Positions 15,845-62,179 of a stretch of 64,000 nt of DNA are shown piece after piece; the stretch's first letter is position 1; every line of letters begins with the position of its first letter. The stretch is from the NCBI RefSeq assembly GCF_009914755.1, contig NC_060937.1, one strand, 5' to 3'. The stretch comes from the human T2T-CHM13v2.0 reference genome, Homo sapiens. Below the pieces are notes generated by a model, which was not told the DNA's origin, searched no databases, and saw only the letters and a program-made list of their open reading frames with translations. A program made the position numbers and the translations under genes.

Positions 15845-16770
15845 GCGGCAATCTTCTCCAAGGATCAAGGGAGGGTGCCATCAGTTAGTACTTTCTAAAG
15901 CTGTGTCACCATCTCTTTTTAGCCCACTTCCCCTCCCCGCTCCCCATCCCTCAGTCAAGTCCCTAGGATCTGAGTTTGCTTTTGGAGCTTGAACTGGCCT
16001 TGAGCTCAGAGACATCTCTCTGCGGACCCTGCTTCTCTATTCTACATCTGTCCCAATAGTTGGAGCAGGGGCTGGAACAGCTTAAGGTGAGCAGCAGCCA
16101 CCTGTTCCCAAAAAACCCTTAGCTTGGATTATCAGCAGACAGTGGAACATCAGTTTCGTACACATTTTGTATTTCTCACCCCATCTGCAAACCTTTCCTT
16201 TGAAGAGTATTCCAAGAATGGAACCCAGAGCTCCCCAGAAGCACACTGTTGCTTGGGTTTGGACTAGAATTTAATGTTCCCTCCAACTCTAGAGAATCCA
16301 TGATGTGTATCTTTACACCAGATGCCACTAGGAGTCTTCCTGTCCCTTATCATTTTAGTTAAGAAGTGACTCATTGCTGTCATCCTTGCTTCACAGAGGG
16401 AGGAACCCAGGCTTCAGATTCTGCCCTTTTGGAACGGAAGAAGGAGGGAGAGCGGGGAAAGACCTATGTGTGCAGCACTATGGAGACAGTTCACTATGTC
16501 GGGTACAACACATTCCCTTAGTCTCATTTGAAAGCCATGATGAACAGAGAGGTGTGGAAAATCTAAGATCACAAATATGCCATGAGAAAGTATCTTTGTC
16601 TCTACTGCTACTTTACAAAACCACGTCTCTAACTGCTAACACTTCAAATTCCCTCAAAATAAGCTTCTTTTCCCAATTGTCCCTCACCACCAACTATAGT
16701 CATGCTCTGAAATTATTATGGAAATTTAGCATCTGAAAGGAACAGGAAGTTATAATTAATTCCTAATTAG

Positions 16771-17103
<333 letters not shown>

Positions 17104-18778
17104 GGGCACAAGCTTATTGTTTTTCTTCTACCTTTTCTAAATGTACCCAATGCTCTTCATGTTTTCTGCCAGATGTTCTAGTCACTGCATGATGGGATTG
17201 TTACTTTTGCTGCTTCTCTGGACTCCTCACTCTTAGTCATTTTAAATATGGTCAAAATGACAATCTTTCTTACCATATTTGATATATAACTTTCAAAAAG
17301 AATAAAACTTAGCACCCTCCTATTAGTCCTTATCTAAATGGAAACTTATTAGCAGAGCATCAAGGGCCCAATAAAGTGCCCCCTCTTTTGAAACTTATCT
17401 CTACTCCCTTTCATATATTTCAATCATGTCAATTTCTTATTGTTCTTCTAAATAGGTGCTGATTACTAAACTCTATTCGTGGGTTTTATTTTTTATGTTC
17501 CTCTCCATTAATTAATATTCTTCACTGACTTTAAGACTTCACGATTCATTCTTTTAAAAGAACGTGTTTGATTTCCTCCACTGTTAACTGCTAAATATCT
17601 CTCTGATAATATTGTTTTCAGGCTATCTTTCTCATCTGGAGTAATTATGTTTCAAGTGTCAGGGGGAAAATACCTTTTCTATCCTGTGCAAAAACTCATG
17701 CTGGGCACTAAGAGCATGGAGCATGTCCCAGTTATCTATTGCTGCATAACAAACCAACCCAAACTTAGCAGTATAAAACAACCACTGCTTTAGTATGCAC
17801 ATCAACTTTCAGGGTCAGAAATTCTTTTCTCCTTCATGTATAGAGTCTCAGCTGGGAGTGACATAAATAGGTGGAGACAGACCTCTCCAGCCCAGTCCAG
17901 CCAACAGCCTCCGCTCCTGCGCACCCGCAGCCTGGGGCCCCAGGTTCCTGTGGTCTCACCGACCCTAATCCTCTCATCTCTCCTCCCCATTCCCTCTCCA
18001 AATTGTTTCAGAATTCCAAATTCTTATCTGGATCCGGCAAATTAATTCAGCTACTCTTCAGAGTCTCTCAGTTATTCCCAAATTCTCTCGGAAGCTTGAA
18101 TTTACCTATCTAAATCCATTCTCAAAAACACATTGGCCTTTTCTAGCCGGGACATCTCCAACAGTAGTTGCTGTTAGAAACTGCAATTTCCCCTTCTCTG
18201 CATACACATTTTTATAAATTGATTTATTGGTAGGCAAATTACATTTTTAAAAAAAGGCATGTGTGGGTTTTCAGGGAAGCCTGGACAGGACGTGGGCGTG
18301 CCGGGAGCTCGCCGGAGCAGCTGGTCCGGCTCTGGGCGCCCAGCGGAACCAGGGCTGTACTCACCTGGATGCCGGACCCGCCCCCTAGAGACCCCGCCCC
18401 CTGGCGTTCGGCTACTAAAGGGAAGGGGATTCCCAGGGGGTCCTCAATCCTGGACTCTCCCGACCCCTAGCTGTCGGTCCCCCTCCCTGCGCGCGCGCCG
18501 GCGGGTTTCCTACCCTCCGAGGCGTCCGCTGGCCTGCGCCCTGGCGGGGACGTGGGCGGGGCGAGCGGCATTTAAGGCTGGTGCCACCTCCCCGGTGCAG
18601 CGGCTGGCGATCGGCCGCGGAGGTGCGTGCAGGGCCCGCGCCGCCGCCGGTATCTCCACCGCCAACACCTCAGCCACTGCCACTGCCACAGCCACACGAG
18701 GCCCCCCACCGTGCGCTCCGCCGCTGCGGTCCCGGATCCGCGCTCCACGCCCGCAGCCCGCGGCGCCACCAGCCCAGC

Positions 18779-49586
<30,808 letters not shown>

Positions 49587-49809
49587 GACCACCTCCCTTC
49601 CTATGTCTCTCAGCAGCACGTTGGGGCACACTTGTTCATCTTCTGACCGTTTGCTGGGCTATTCCCCTGCAGTGCAGACATCGTCAAAATTCATACAAGA
49701 GGAAATTTTCATGCAGAAAGCTGTATGCAGGATGCTTACTGATGTTTTGCACTTTAAAACTGAAATTCAACTCTTTATATAGGATTTTCTTTTCTATCTC
49801 CATCTCCTC

Positions 49810-49815
49810 ATTAAA
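49810..49815 (+). terminator. Candidate polyadenylation signal ATTAAA (a second copy lies at 49968-49973)
   Basis: About 225 nt after the stop codon, followed by GT/T-rich sequence; the cleavage site actually used cannot be read from DNA alone. Confidence 0.55.
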
Positions 49816-52577
49816 AAATACGTACATTTCGAGGTAATGATATAGGGAAGAATGTGTTTATGTGTATTTGAAACTCCTTGATGTTAATAGTCTTGTGTAA
49901 CCCAGGCATCTACTGGGGCCTGCCTTAAGCTCTAGCTAGGATTGCTCAGAACTCCTTTCCACACCCTATTAAAGGCCCCATGACCTCCCTAAGATTTCTG
50001 CAGATCCCCTGAGAAGGTATGTTTTCATGGTCTCCTTGCTCGAAAAAGGCCAACTCACCCGAGGGTCTGCAGGAGATGGAAGTGGCGGCAGGTTTACATC
50101 ACAGCAGCACGCATGACCTCAGCTTTGACTCGTTTAACTCTGAGACGTCCTTCTTGAAGGCCCTTGCCACAGTTTCCCTGGCCACGCCACCCCATCCCAC
50201 CTCTGGTCATCTCCCCAGCCCTTTATGCCCCGTCGCCCTCCACCCCTACATCAGCTCCTCCAAAACTGAGCTCCCAGTTCATTTTGCATATCCTAACTCA
50301 AAATGCTCAGCTAATCCAAGGGGACTTTCTTTACCAGGATTCAACCCTAGTAGAGAGCTGTTATGGTTTCAATAGTCATATTTATTTCTTGTAAAACAGT
50401 TGCCAGGTGCTCTCCAGCAATAACGTTTTGTCAGTCATGTTTCATGTTTTAACTTAGGTGTATTCATGTGTGACACTTCCATGTTGACAGGCCCGGAAAG
50501 GCCTCATTTTTAACTAAAAGATGTTTTATAAACCCAGGTTTAATTGTGGTGTTCTAATTGGTTCACATTTTTCTAGAATGAAGAGCATGGGACAAAAAAA
50601 TAAGATATGATTTCCTATTTTCTTTTCGTTGCTCCTTCTGGTCATTTTACTTATCTGTGGAAGATCTGGAAATGTAGGATTTTTCTTTCAAACTCTTCCT
50701 CATGACCCCAGGGCTCCAGCCAGGGCCTCTGATGTGCCCTCGATTCTTGGTCGGACGCCTGTGGGAGGGCCCGTCTTTCTGCAGCAGCACTCGAGAGAAG
50801 GGTTCTACAGCCTTTCCATCAACTGCACACCTCGCACTAACTCATTTGACAGAACGTGAGAATTATGTTTGGTTAAGCTTTCCTCATCTAGTGGCCTGCC
50901 CCGTCACCTCTCTCCATTACAGTCTCACTCGGGGGCATCTGGGGCTGATGGCTCTAGGTTGGCATCTCCTGGACAGGAAAAGGCAGCCTTAGAGTCACCA
51001 TGCTCTTGGGGTCACATGTAGGAGCAGGAAAGAGGGAAGGAGACTATCCTTGTAACTTTATGTATATAGATTCCAGTGCATATTGTGTGCAGCCATGTAA
51101 GCTAAAATAATGTTGCTGTCCTCAGGAGATTTGTAATCTATGTTCAGCCACAATTATCATTGGACTAATCTATCAGTAGTTCCAGTGAACTGCAAACACT
51201 TCCCAGAGTGGTTTGGGCAGTGTGGTCATGGCTTTCTCGTTCCAGTCTCGACAAGGCAGCTAATGCTTTCTAGACTTCAGCTAAGAATAACTTGACCTTA
51301 CTTAATCTTTCTTGACAGGCTGCCTGAGTGCTCATGGCTGCAATGCTTGGCAGCTCTTGGTCCTGCCAATGCCAGCAGGACAAGGCCATCAATTTAGCAC
51401 AAAGCTGCAAGGTTTAACTTGGGGTTGGATTAGGGTTGAAAGGAGTTAACTTGGAATTAGAAGCCTCTTCATAGCAGGAACTATGTATGAAATAACGTTC
51501 CTATTTGTGCTTATTTACTCTTGCAAAAAGTTGACACTCAAATATTTATAAAATTAACAAATAACTAACTTAAGAAATCCCAGAAAAGACACTAGCATTA
51601 TTGAGTAGCTTTATTAAGTTGTAGACAGAAAAAGGCAATAAAATCCATTTCAGAGGGTGTTTTTGGAGGGACTATTTAATTGACCCTCTGAAGCCTAGAT
51701 GTCTTTTATTATAGGAAAAAAAAATGTCAATTTAAATCTAATTGATGTGGTAGAGTATCTCAGAGACATAAACATGAGGCTGAATTCCTAGAGTCTTTGC
51801 TTTTTAAAACAATCTAATTTATTCTGATTATAAAATTGCAGCTCTAAATGAGCTATTTTCTTAAATAGAAAATTTAGAATAAATGAGATTAAAAAGTAAA
51901 TTAAAATCACCCTGAATCTCACTATGTAGTCATATACCTAAATGAAAGAGTAATCATTTCTTTGGAGTTTTTCCACACATATATTTATTTTTAGGTAAAA
52001 TTAAATAAAGTTTTCAATTCTGCCTTTTTTATTTAACATCAAAAACATGGTGTTAATGACTGCACAGTATTGTAGATTGAGAGTGCTTTCGCTAACTATA
52101 TCTGCACGGTGAGATAGCTCATTAATTTCCTACTAGGCATCTTTCTCAAAAAGGCTGCATCTTATCCTCAATATTGTACCACACTTCTCCATTTTATAGA
52201 AGATTCCTCAAATTGGAATCAAGGCATTCAGAGCATTCCTAAGGCTCTGGCCACACATTGCCTAATTTATCTTTAGATAAGCTGTATCAGTTTACACCCC
52301 CACCAGCAATAGAAAAAGAATATTTATCTTGCCTATCATTAAGATGTGAATGCTCAGTCAACCAAAGAGCTTTCCATAATTCGACAAAGATGTAGGAAGT
52401 GCTCCTGCATGGCTTGAGAACACAGCCCAGAACAAGATAGAGCATGGAGCCAGTACACCAGTAGAGGGGTGAAAGGAAAATACAAATTGTGATAAGGTCT
52501 TGAAAAGGCATAATGGGGCTTAGATAATCAGGTGGCAGGATTGAGGGCAGTCAGCTAAGTCCTTTTAAATAGGGTAG

Positions 52578-52934
<357 letters not shown>

Positions 52935-53112
52935 TGACAGGAAGAGGGAACAGCATGAGCAAAAGCTCTGAGAGGTCAGAGGGGCCTAGCAGGAACACAC
53001 AGCCAGGGAAGACCTTGGAACGGGGAACTGGAGGGACAGGCAAGAATCTCACCCTAGAGGGGTTCAGAGACCAAATGAAGGAGGTTGCATTTAATTTCAA
53101 AACAAGCTATTA

Positions 53113-53241
53113 GGCCCAGTGCAGTGGCTCACACCTTTAATCTCAGCACTTTGGGAGGCTGAGGCAGGAGAATCACTTGAGACCAGGAGTTTGAGACCAG
53201 CCTGGGCAACGTAGGGAGACCCCATCTCTACAAAAACGAAT
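53113..53241 (+). mobile_element. Alu left monomer (FLAM-like)
   Basis: TSD aaacaagctatt on both sides. Confidence 0.85.
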
Positions 53242-53699
53242 AAACAAGCTATTGAAGACAATTAATAAAAGAGGTGACCTGATCCAGTTGACATGTTCAG
53301 ATCACTTTGGCTTCTGTGTAGAGGATGGGAGGCAGACCAGGCTGTGGTAACTGGTGTGTGTACCTTCAATGGAATACACAGACTCAATGGAGGAGTTTCT
53401 TAAGGGGGGTTGCCTCTAGGTGACTCGAGACATAAATGTTCAACTCAGGCTCCTAGAAAGGCTCACAACCACCCTGACTGCCCACATCACAATCAAGATA
53501 GAGACAGGAGATGCTCAAGCAGGTGTCATCTCGCCAGGAGTCTAGAACAAGATATATGTCTCAATGTACACGGCTGCACTCCTTAAGAGCCTGGACAGGT
53601 GCATCTGACTCTACAAAGATCATGAGTTCTCCACATTTGTTCATTCTGCTATCATCATTCCACTGGTGGCATCTAATGTCTCTTAAAAAGACAGTGGCT

Positions 53700-54065
<366 letters not shown>

Positions 54066-55082
54066 TTATTAACGCTCACAACGGCCCCGTCAGCTGTGGC
54101 ATCAGCCGTGCTTTACACTCAGGAAGTTAAGCCTAGAGGCCCAGTGACTTCCTGGCACTGTGACCTCTCCTGACCACTAAGAGGCTCCACTGTAGAATCT
54201 GGCAAGTGGTTTAGGGAGAGTTTGCCCTTCGATGGAATATAGATGCCTCTAGAGCATAGCCTGCAGGTGTTGAGTTCTGTCTTACAGCTCTGCAGGTTAC
54301 TGATAACTGAGAGCAACAGAAAGTATTTCTATAGATATGCAAATGAATCCTACCCAGTGGGTGAAGATCTTTCCTCCTTGGAAAAGCCAGTTTTGCTCCC
54401 TTTGCACAATCAGCCAACATTCCTGATTCCAGATAAAAGCGTGCCTCTTTGCTCCTCTCAGTAGATTTTAACAACTGCCTAGTTTCCTATTTAAGTGGTG
54501 AGCTTTAAAAAAAAATCTTTAATATGTGTTCACTGTTATATCTGTATGAAAAAATTATCCTTACACCATGAACAGAGGAAGAAGAACACAATTCCCTCCT
54601 CATTTAGGGTCCTTCTCAGCCCCTCCGTGGAGCCAGGCACCCAGCCCGTCCGAGATCCTGAACCCCCGCACGCTCCAGGGCCATTCTGCTATTGGGCAGG
54701 GATGCCGTTTTTTTCTGCTTCAGACCAGTTCTCTCAGCAAGCTCCTTCTTCCCCGTCCCCATTCCTACTTTCCCACCCTCCCCTCTGACATACCAGAACC
54801 AAGCTTGGGGGATTTTATCTTCTTGGTCCAGAGGTTCTAAGATAAAGTTAACTGGAAATTTAAGGTAAAAGCCTGATTAATTTTAAAGGGATAGAAGCTG
54901 CCCTCCTCAGACTTGCTGTGCAGGTAGATAGAGATTCAGTGGAGTGAAGCACTTCAATGCAAGAGTTTATTTGTAGTTTGGGGGATTTCTTTTTTTCTAA
55001 TTTTTTTTTTTTTTTTACATTTTCTATTTACACAAAGGGATTTCTTCCACTCCACCCGCACCCGCCGCCTCTGCTTTCAATC

Positions 55083-55411
<329 letters not shown>

Positions 55412-55971
55412 TAGCACCTGCTAGGTACACAGCACAGTGCAGAACAATGCTGTGCTGGTCTGAGAGGACAAAATGACGCAATAGGGAAGACCAGGCATGT
55501 TTGCAAATAAACTGTCAATCGGGGCAGGATTTGGCCAAGGCCTTGAGAGGTATACAGTGCTGTGGGTTTCCAGGGAGACCATCTTTGGTGGGCAACAGTG
55601 GAGGGTGCCAGGAGGCAAGGCATCCAACTCAGCCTTGAGGAGTAGGGTTCCAATTGCAGAGGTGAAGCAGAGGAAAGGGCAGGGGCCAAAGATGTGCCCA
55701 GGTTGGTCACAGCCATGTCCCTGTGAGCCAGCTCCCTCCAGGACAAAGTCAATGTGGTGCAGAGACCCCATGACCTGGGTCTAGCATTCCACTTGGTATT
55801 CCTAGGGGGGCTGCAGTATCCATTGACCAAATCCCTACAGACAGAAATAAGATTGCCTGTGGGAGAAGAACTCTAATCAGCCCAGCAAGGGCTACATTAG
55901 AGATCTGCAGAAAGCCACCTTACACAGGAGCCAGGATGCTAAAGGCTGTCCATCAGAAAGGGGCTTATGTA

Positions 55972-56322
55972 GCCATAGAAAAAGATGTCCTTCCCAGCAA
56001 CACGGATGCAGGTGAAACTATTACCTTAAGCAAATTAATGCAAAAACAGAAAATCAAATACTGCATGCTCTCACAAGTAGCAGCTAAACACTGGGTACCC
56101 ACGAACACAAAGATGAGAGCAACAGACACTGGAGACTCCAAAAGGGGGGTGGAGGGAGGGAGGAAGGGAGGCAGGTATTGAACAACTACCTACTGAGCAG
56201 TATGTTTACCCCTTGGGGGACAGGATCATTAGAAACCCAAACTTCAGCACCACAAAATAGATCCAAGTAACAAACCTGCACATCTGAACCTAAAATAAAA
56301 ATAAAAAATAAATTTAAAAAAA
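55972..56322 (+). mobile_element. Old primate L1 3' end
   Basis: gcaaaaacagaaaatcaaatactgcatg.tctcac...acagacactgg.gact...gtaacaaacctgcacat...taaaataaaa. Confidence 0.85.
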
Positions 56323-57404
56323 GAAGAAAAGGGCCCATCTGTAGCAGAGACCAAGAAAAGGGTCAGGCCCTGAGGCCCGTTGGTGTGTCCCCAAACCCTT
56401 GGCACGGGAGGGGCCTGGTCAGGCTGAGGCATGAGGATGGCATCCCAGGCAGGCCTGGGCTTAATTTGGGAACCGGGTGTCAGGACGCAAAGCCACATCT
56501 GCTGACTCTTAACTCCGCACTGGCCTGCCAACCTTCTGACTTGTGACCCAACCCGGGGAAGAGGCCGGCTGGGGGATGTGAAGACCCCTAGCCCTGGGCA
56601 ATGTCACCGAGACTGTATGAATGCACCTAGTCGTGGTGGAATCAGCCTCTGTGAGCCATCAACGCCCCGGAGGCCACGGCCCCGGCAGACCCCGGCATGG
56701 GAAGGCAGGGCTGGTGCGGGCCTGCAGCGCGGCTGTGAGGGCACGAGGGCGCAGGGGGTGAGTCAGGACCACGTTCCCGGGCAGCGGAGGACACAAAGCG
56801 CCAGCTCCTGGGGGGCTTGTGAGGATTGAACAAGCGTGGACGCGTTGAGTGCCTTGGAAGAGTCCCGGGGCCCCCCAAGAGGCTCGGAAGGTGTTCGCAG
56901 CGTCCTCACATTGGCGCTCCCCGCCGCATCGCGCGCCTCTGACCCTGCACGCGGGCTTGGAGCCTGCCCCTAGGACCTCAGCAGCCTCTGCAACGGCCTC
57001 CGCATGCTGCTTGCTTGCTGGGAATGCTTCTGCCAACGTCCTCAGTTCTTCCCCCACCTTCCCAGACCTGCCCACCCTACTAACACCCCGGTACCCTCCC
57101 CCCACACTCCCTGCCCCCTCCACCTTCGCTTTTCAGCACAATTTTCTCAGCCTCTGACACCCCATATTTTCACGGCTTTCTTATTGCCACCTCCCGACCT
57201 ACAAGCCCTGGACGCTAGCTCCAGGAGGATGGGACCTCGCCTCCTGGAGTCCCCACTGGAGCCACAGGAGTGCCTGGCACTCAGGATCGCTCAGTGAATG
57301 TTTGATGAAGGATCCTGGGGGAGTGGAACAGATTGTCAACAAGGGAACGAGTCAAGAAAAGAGGCTTAGAACCGTGGAAAGACCTGCACTCAGAAGGCAG
57401 GAGG

Positions 57405-57762
57405 AGCCCCGGGGTGATGGCCCGTGCCTGTAATCCCAGCAATTTGGGAGGCCAAGGCGGGAGGATTGCATGAGCTCAGGAGTTTGAGATGGACTCTGGC
57501 AACATCGCGAGATTCCATCTCTACAAAAAATTTAAAAATTAGCTGAGTGTGGTGGCCCACGCCTGTACTCCCAGCTACCTGGGAGACTGAGGCAGAGGGA
57601 TTGCTTGAGCCCAGGAGTTCAAGGAGGCAGTGAGCTATGATTGTGCCACTGTACTCCAGCCTGAGTGACAGAGCAAGACTCTGTCTACAAAATAAGAAAA
57701 GAGGAAGAAGAAGCAGAAGGAGGAGGAGGGGGAGGAGGAGGAGGAAAAGAAAAAGAAAGAAA

Positions 57763-57827
<65 letters not shown>

Positions 57828-57830
57828 AAA
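57405..57830 (+). mobile_element. AluJ with tail expanded into (GGA)n and (GAAA)n
   Basis: Dimer to about 57688, then about 140 nt of nearly pure purine. Confidence 0.9.
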
Positions 57831-59020
57831 CAGATGTATTCAACTGCTAGACTTAGGGATAGTGTCCTCTAGTTCTTTTATATTCTTCATGGAACTGAGT
57901 CTAGTTTTAGACAAATAAAAAGCTCTCAATACTCATCCAAAAAACAAATTAGCAAGCAAGCTGAGCTCAGGCTGGGGGCGGGTTATGTCCAACGGGTACA
58001 TTAGTAAAAGGTCACTAATGGCCATTATAGTTTGTAGTTTGAGCTCAGAGAGAAGTGATCTCTGTCCCCTGCATTCTCAAACTTCATTGGCAAAGTAGGG
58101 TCCCCAGCTGCACCTGCTCCCCTGTCCTTGGGATCTGACTTCTTTCTTCACTGTGGCTACTCTCACTAGGTCCAGCGGCCCTTCTTCAGTCCTCGTGGTG
58201 CTTGGCCTCTCAGCAGCATTTTACGCCATGTCCTAGAAATTCCTCTCTCTATGGTTTCCCAGGTTCTGCACCCTCACTGGGTAGGCAGAGAGTGGGCCAT
58301 GTTGATATGACATTGCCAAACACCTGTGACACTTCACTGGAAGTCAGAGTAGCATCAGGAAAAGCTAGCCCTGGAGTGAGACCACTTGGGTTTTGTCAGA
58401 GCCACCAACCAAGACTACCAGGAACACACCTGTGGTCAGAGTTAGGTTTAATTAACTTGTGCTTCAATGGAGAGAGTGCACCAAGAAAACCATGGGGTTC
58501 TGGGTAAGATGGCATTGTGAGGGACGTATGATAGGATTTGGTTTGTGCTGGGAGATCCTGAGGAGGGTCTCAGGAAGCAAGAGCCAGGGATGGATTGGGT
58601 GCCATTGGGAAGTGAGGGCAAACTTGGGGGTCGGGCGAAGGAGGACAGAGCTGTCATGTTTTCTCAGGGGAAACTTGCCTCCTCTAACCACCACCCATTG
58701 AACCTGCTTCTACAAAGGCAGGTCTAGCAAATTGCTTTAATCTTCAGACACTAAAACCCAATGCTGGGGCTATCTTAAGGATGGCTGCATCCCAGTATGT
58801 GTCCTGTTTGTCTCTAAAAAGCTGTATTTTACCACCAAAAATGGAAGATTTAGGGCAACAGGACAAATTTGTGTCATCTTTCCCTTGTGATTAGACTAGA
58901 GTCTCCAGAAGCTAGCAGTCATTCCATTTATATTATACATTAGTTCATCTAGCTCCTTCATAAGCAGTAATTGGCCTTTTCACATATTGCATTATTAGAG
59001 AGAAACCATTGTAGCCACTC

Positions 59021-59178
59021 TGTAGAAACAGAATAGACTCCACCCAAAATTTGGTTCAGATGCCAAGACTGTTGATGCCACACACACACACACACACCAA
59101 GAAGGTGTTAAAAGGTTTACTACTCACATAATGAAACTTTCTCCCAAGGTGGTTCCCAAGCAACTCCAAAAATGGCTT
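59021..59178. mobile_element. Probable old LTR fragment with (CA)n; subfamily uncertain
   Basis: tgtagaaacagaatagactccacccaaaatttggttcagatg...aaaaggtttactactcac resembles recalled ERVL MER-type LTR ends. Confidence 0.4.
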
Positions 59179-59596
<418 letters not shown>

Positions 59597-59663
59597 TCAG
59601 AAAGGGAAAGAAAGGAGTGATGCTTAAAAGCTATTAGCAGCAGACATCAAAAAAATGGAGTCA

Positions 59664-59966
59664 GGCTGGGCATGGTGGCTCTCACCTGTAATCCTAGCAC
59701 TTTGGGAGGCTGAGGCAGGTAGATCACTGGAGGCCAGGAGTTCGAGACCAGCCTGGACAACATAGTGAAACCCCATCTCTAATAAAAATAGCAAAAAATT
59801 AGCCCGGCCTAGTGGCATGCGTGTGTAATCCCAGCTACTCAGGTGGCTAAGGCACAAGAATTGCTTGAACTTGAGAGGCGGAAGTTGCAGTAAGCCGAGA
59901 TCACGCCACTGCACTCCAGCCTAGGCAATGGAGTCGGACTCTGTCTAAAAAAAGAAAAAAAAAAAA
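59664..59966 (+). mobile_element. AluS
   Basis: Full dimer. Confidence 0.92.
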
Positions 59967-60206
59967 TTGGGTCAGACTCTATTACACAGGGCATGTCTGA
60001 ATTCAGTCTGCTCAGTGGGAGAAGAGAACAAGTGTAAAGAAACTATGGTACAGGTTACAGAGCCCCTGTGGCATGCCCAGAATCATGCTAGGCACTCACT
60101 GCAGGGCCTTCCATGGTGCTTATTATTTGCCAGACACTCTTCAAAGCACTTTGATACAGGTTAACTCATTGAATTCTCATAATAACCTTAAGAGGTGGGT
60201 ACTATA

Positions 60207-60827
<621 letters not shown>

Positions 60828-62179
60828 TATTATCAACCTGTCTTGCAGATTAGAAAACTGCAATGCAGAGAGGCTAAGTTGCCCAGGCATGCAAAATTAG
60901 CTTTAAGCAGCAAAGTCAGGAATCAAGCCTGATCAGCCTGACTCCAAAGTCTGTGCTTTTAGTCATTGTGTGACACCATTTCTCATAAACAGCAGCTTAA
61001 CTAATGCCTGGGAAATCCAAAAATATTTAGTTGAGTCTCTTCTACTTGAAGAGCTCGCATTCCCCAAGAATACTTTCCATAGTGAAAGTATTGCATTATT
61101 ATATTGTATTATATTAATACAGCTATATATTAACATAAAAAATAAAACCTCAAAAGCATTTGAATGGTCTTACACAATTTTCAAAATTTCGTTTAGTTTT
61201 ACAGCATCATTGGAAATTAAATGAGGTGGCAGGTTTATGACTACAACTCCATTTGTAAAATGCAGGAAAACCAAGGCTCCAAGCAGTCAGCCCTGGATCC
61301 CTCCATGGCCCCTCTTTGCTTCATCTGCAAGCTCTGGCGGGAAGTAGTGGTTCCACCCAAGAGCAGAGCTGGTGAAATTGTGGCTTGATGGCAGCCCGCT
61401 TCCCGTGGCTCCCTGTCCACTGTGGATGCTGCTGCAGCCTGGCACGTGCTTCGGGACGCAGAGTCCAGGGAGCAGGCTGCCACTGTCACCGTGGCTCTGG
61501 TCATCATTGCCAGTGTGTGCCACCTGCCACGGCCGCAGACTCTGTCCACACATTAGTAGCTCTGGGAACATGGGAGGTCAAATGTCAATTAAGAGCAACA
61601 CGCATACTTCACACTCGTTCGCAACAGATGTTTGCAAAGCCCTTTCAAGTTGATCCTCATAACCAACCTTAGAAATGATCTGGGCAGTTCACAGGGGAAG
61701 AGAATGAGTTCCTGAGAGAACAATTTGCCTAAAGTCGCTCAGATAGTCAGTGACTGACTCACGCCTACCTGCCTCCCTTCATGACTCCAGTGCACACCTC
61801 ACTTAAAGTCTTTAAAGGTGGAGAGACTAAACCAGAGGCTGAGCAAGCTGGGAATCAGGAGCTCCTGTTCTTGTTCCTGTGTTCACCAGATCCCTCCGTG
61901 GGGCAGGTGCTGGTGGGCACCATTATCATCCCCATCCTGGGCAGGTTGTCCAGGTGGGCACCATTATCATCCCCATTTTGCAGATGAGGAAACAGAGGCT
62001 CAGAGAGGACACAACTTGCCCCAAGGTCACATAGCTCATAGGTGTCCATATAGTCCAGTTTGCTGGACCTGAGCCTTCCTACTACACTGCCCCGCCCTGT
62101 GGTGGAGGCCCATTTCCCTTCTTCTCCTCCTCCTGAACAAGATCCTGGGTAGGAGAGTCTCCCAGCTATAATAGCTCTT

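Noticed and set aside
56578-57157. ORFs in the downstream CpG patch as a new gene or named pseudogene
   Set aside because: No recognisable homology, convincing splice structure or retrocopy hallmarks; kept only as a regulatory candidate.
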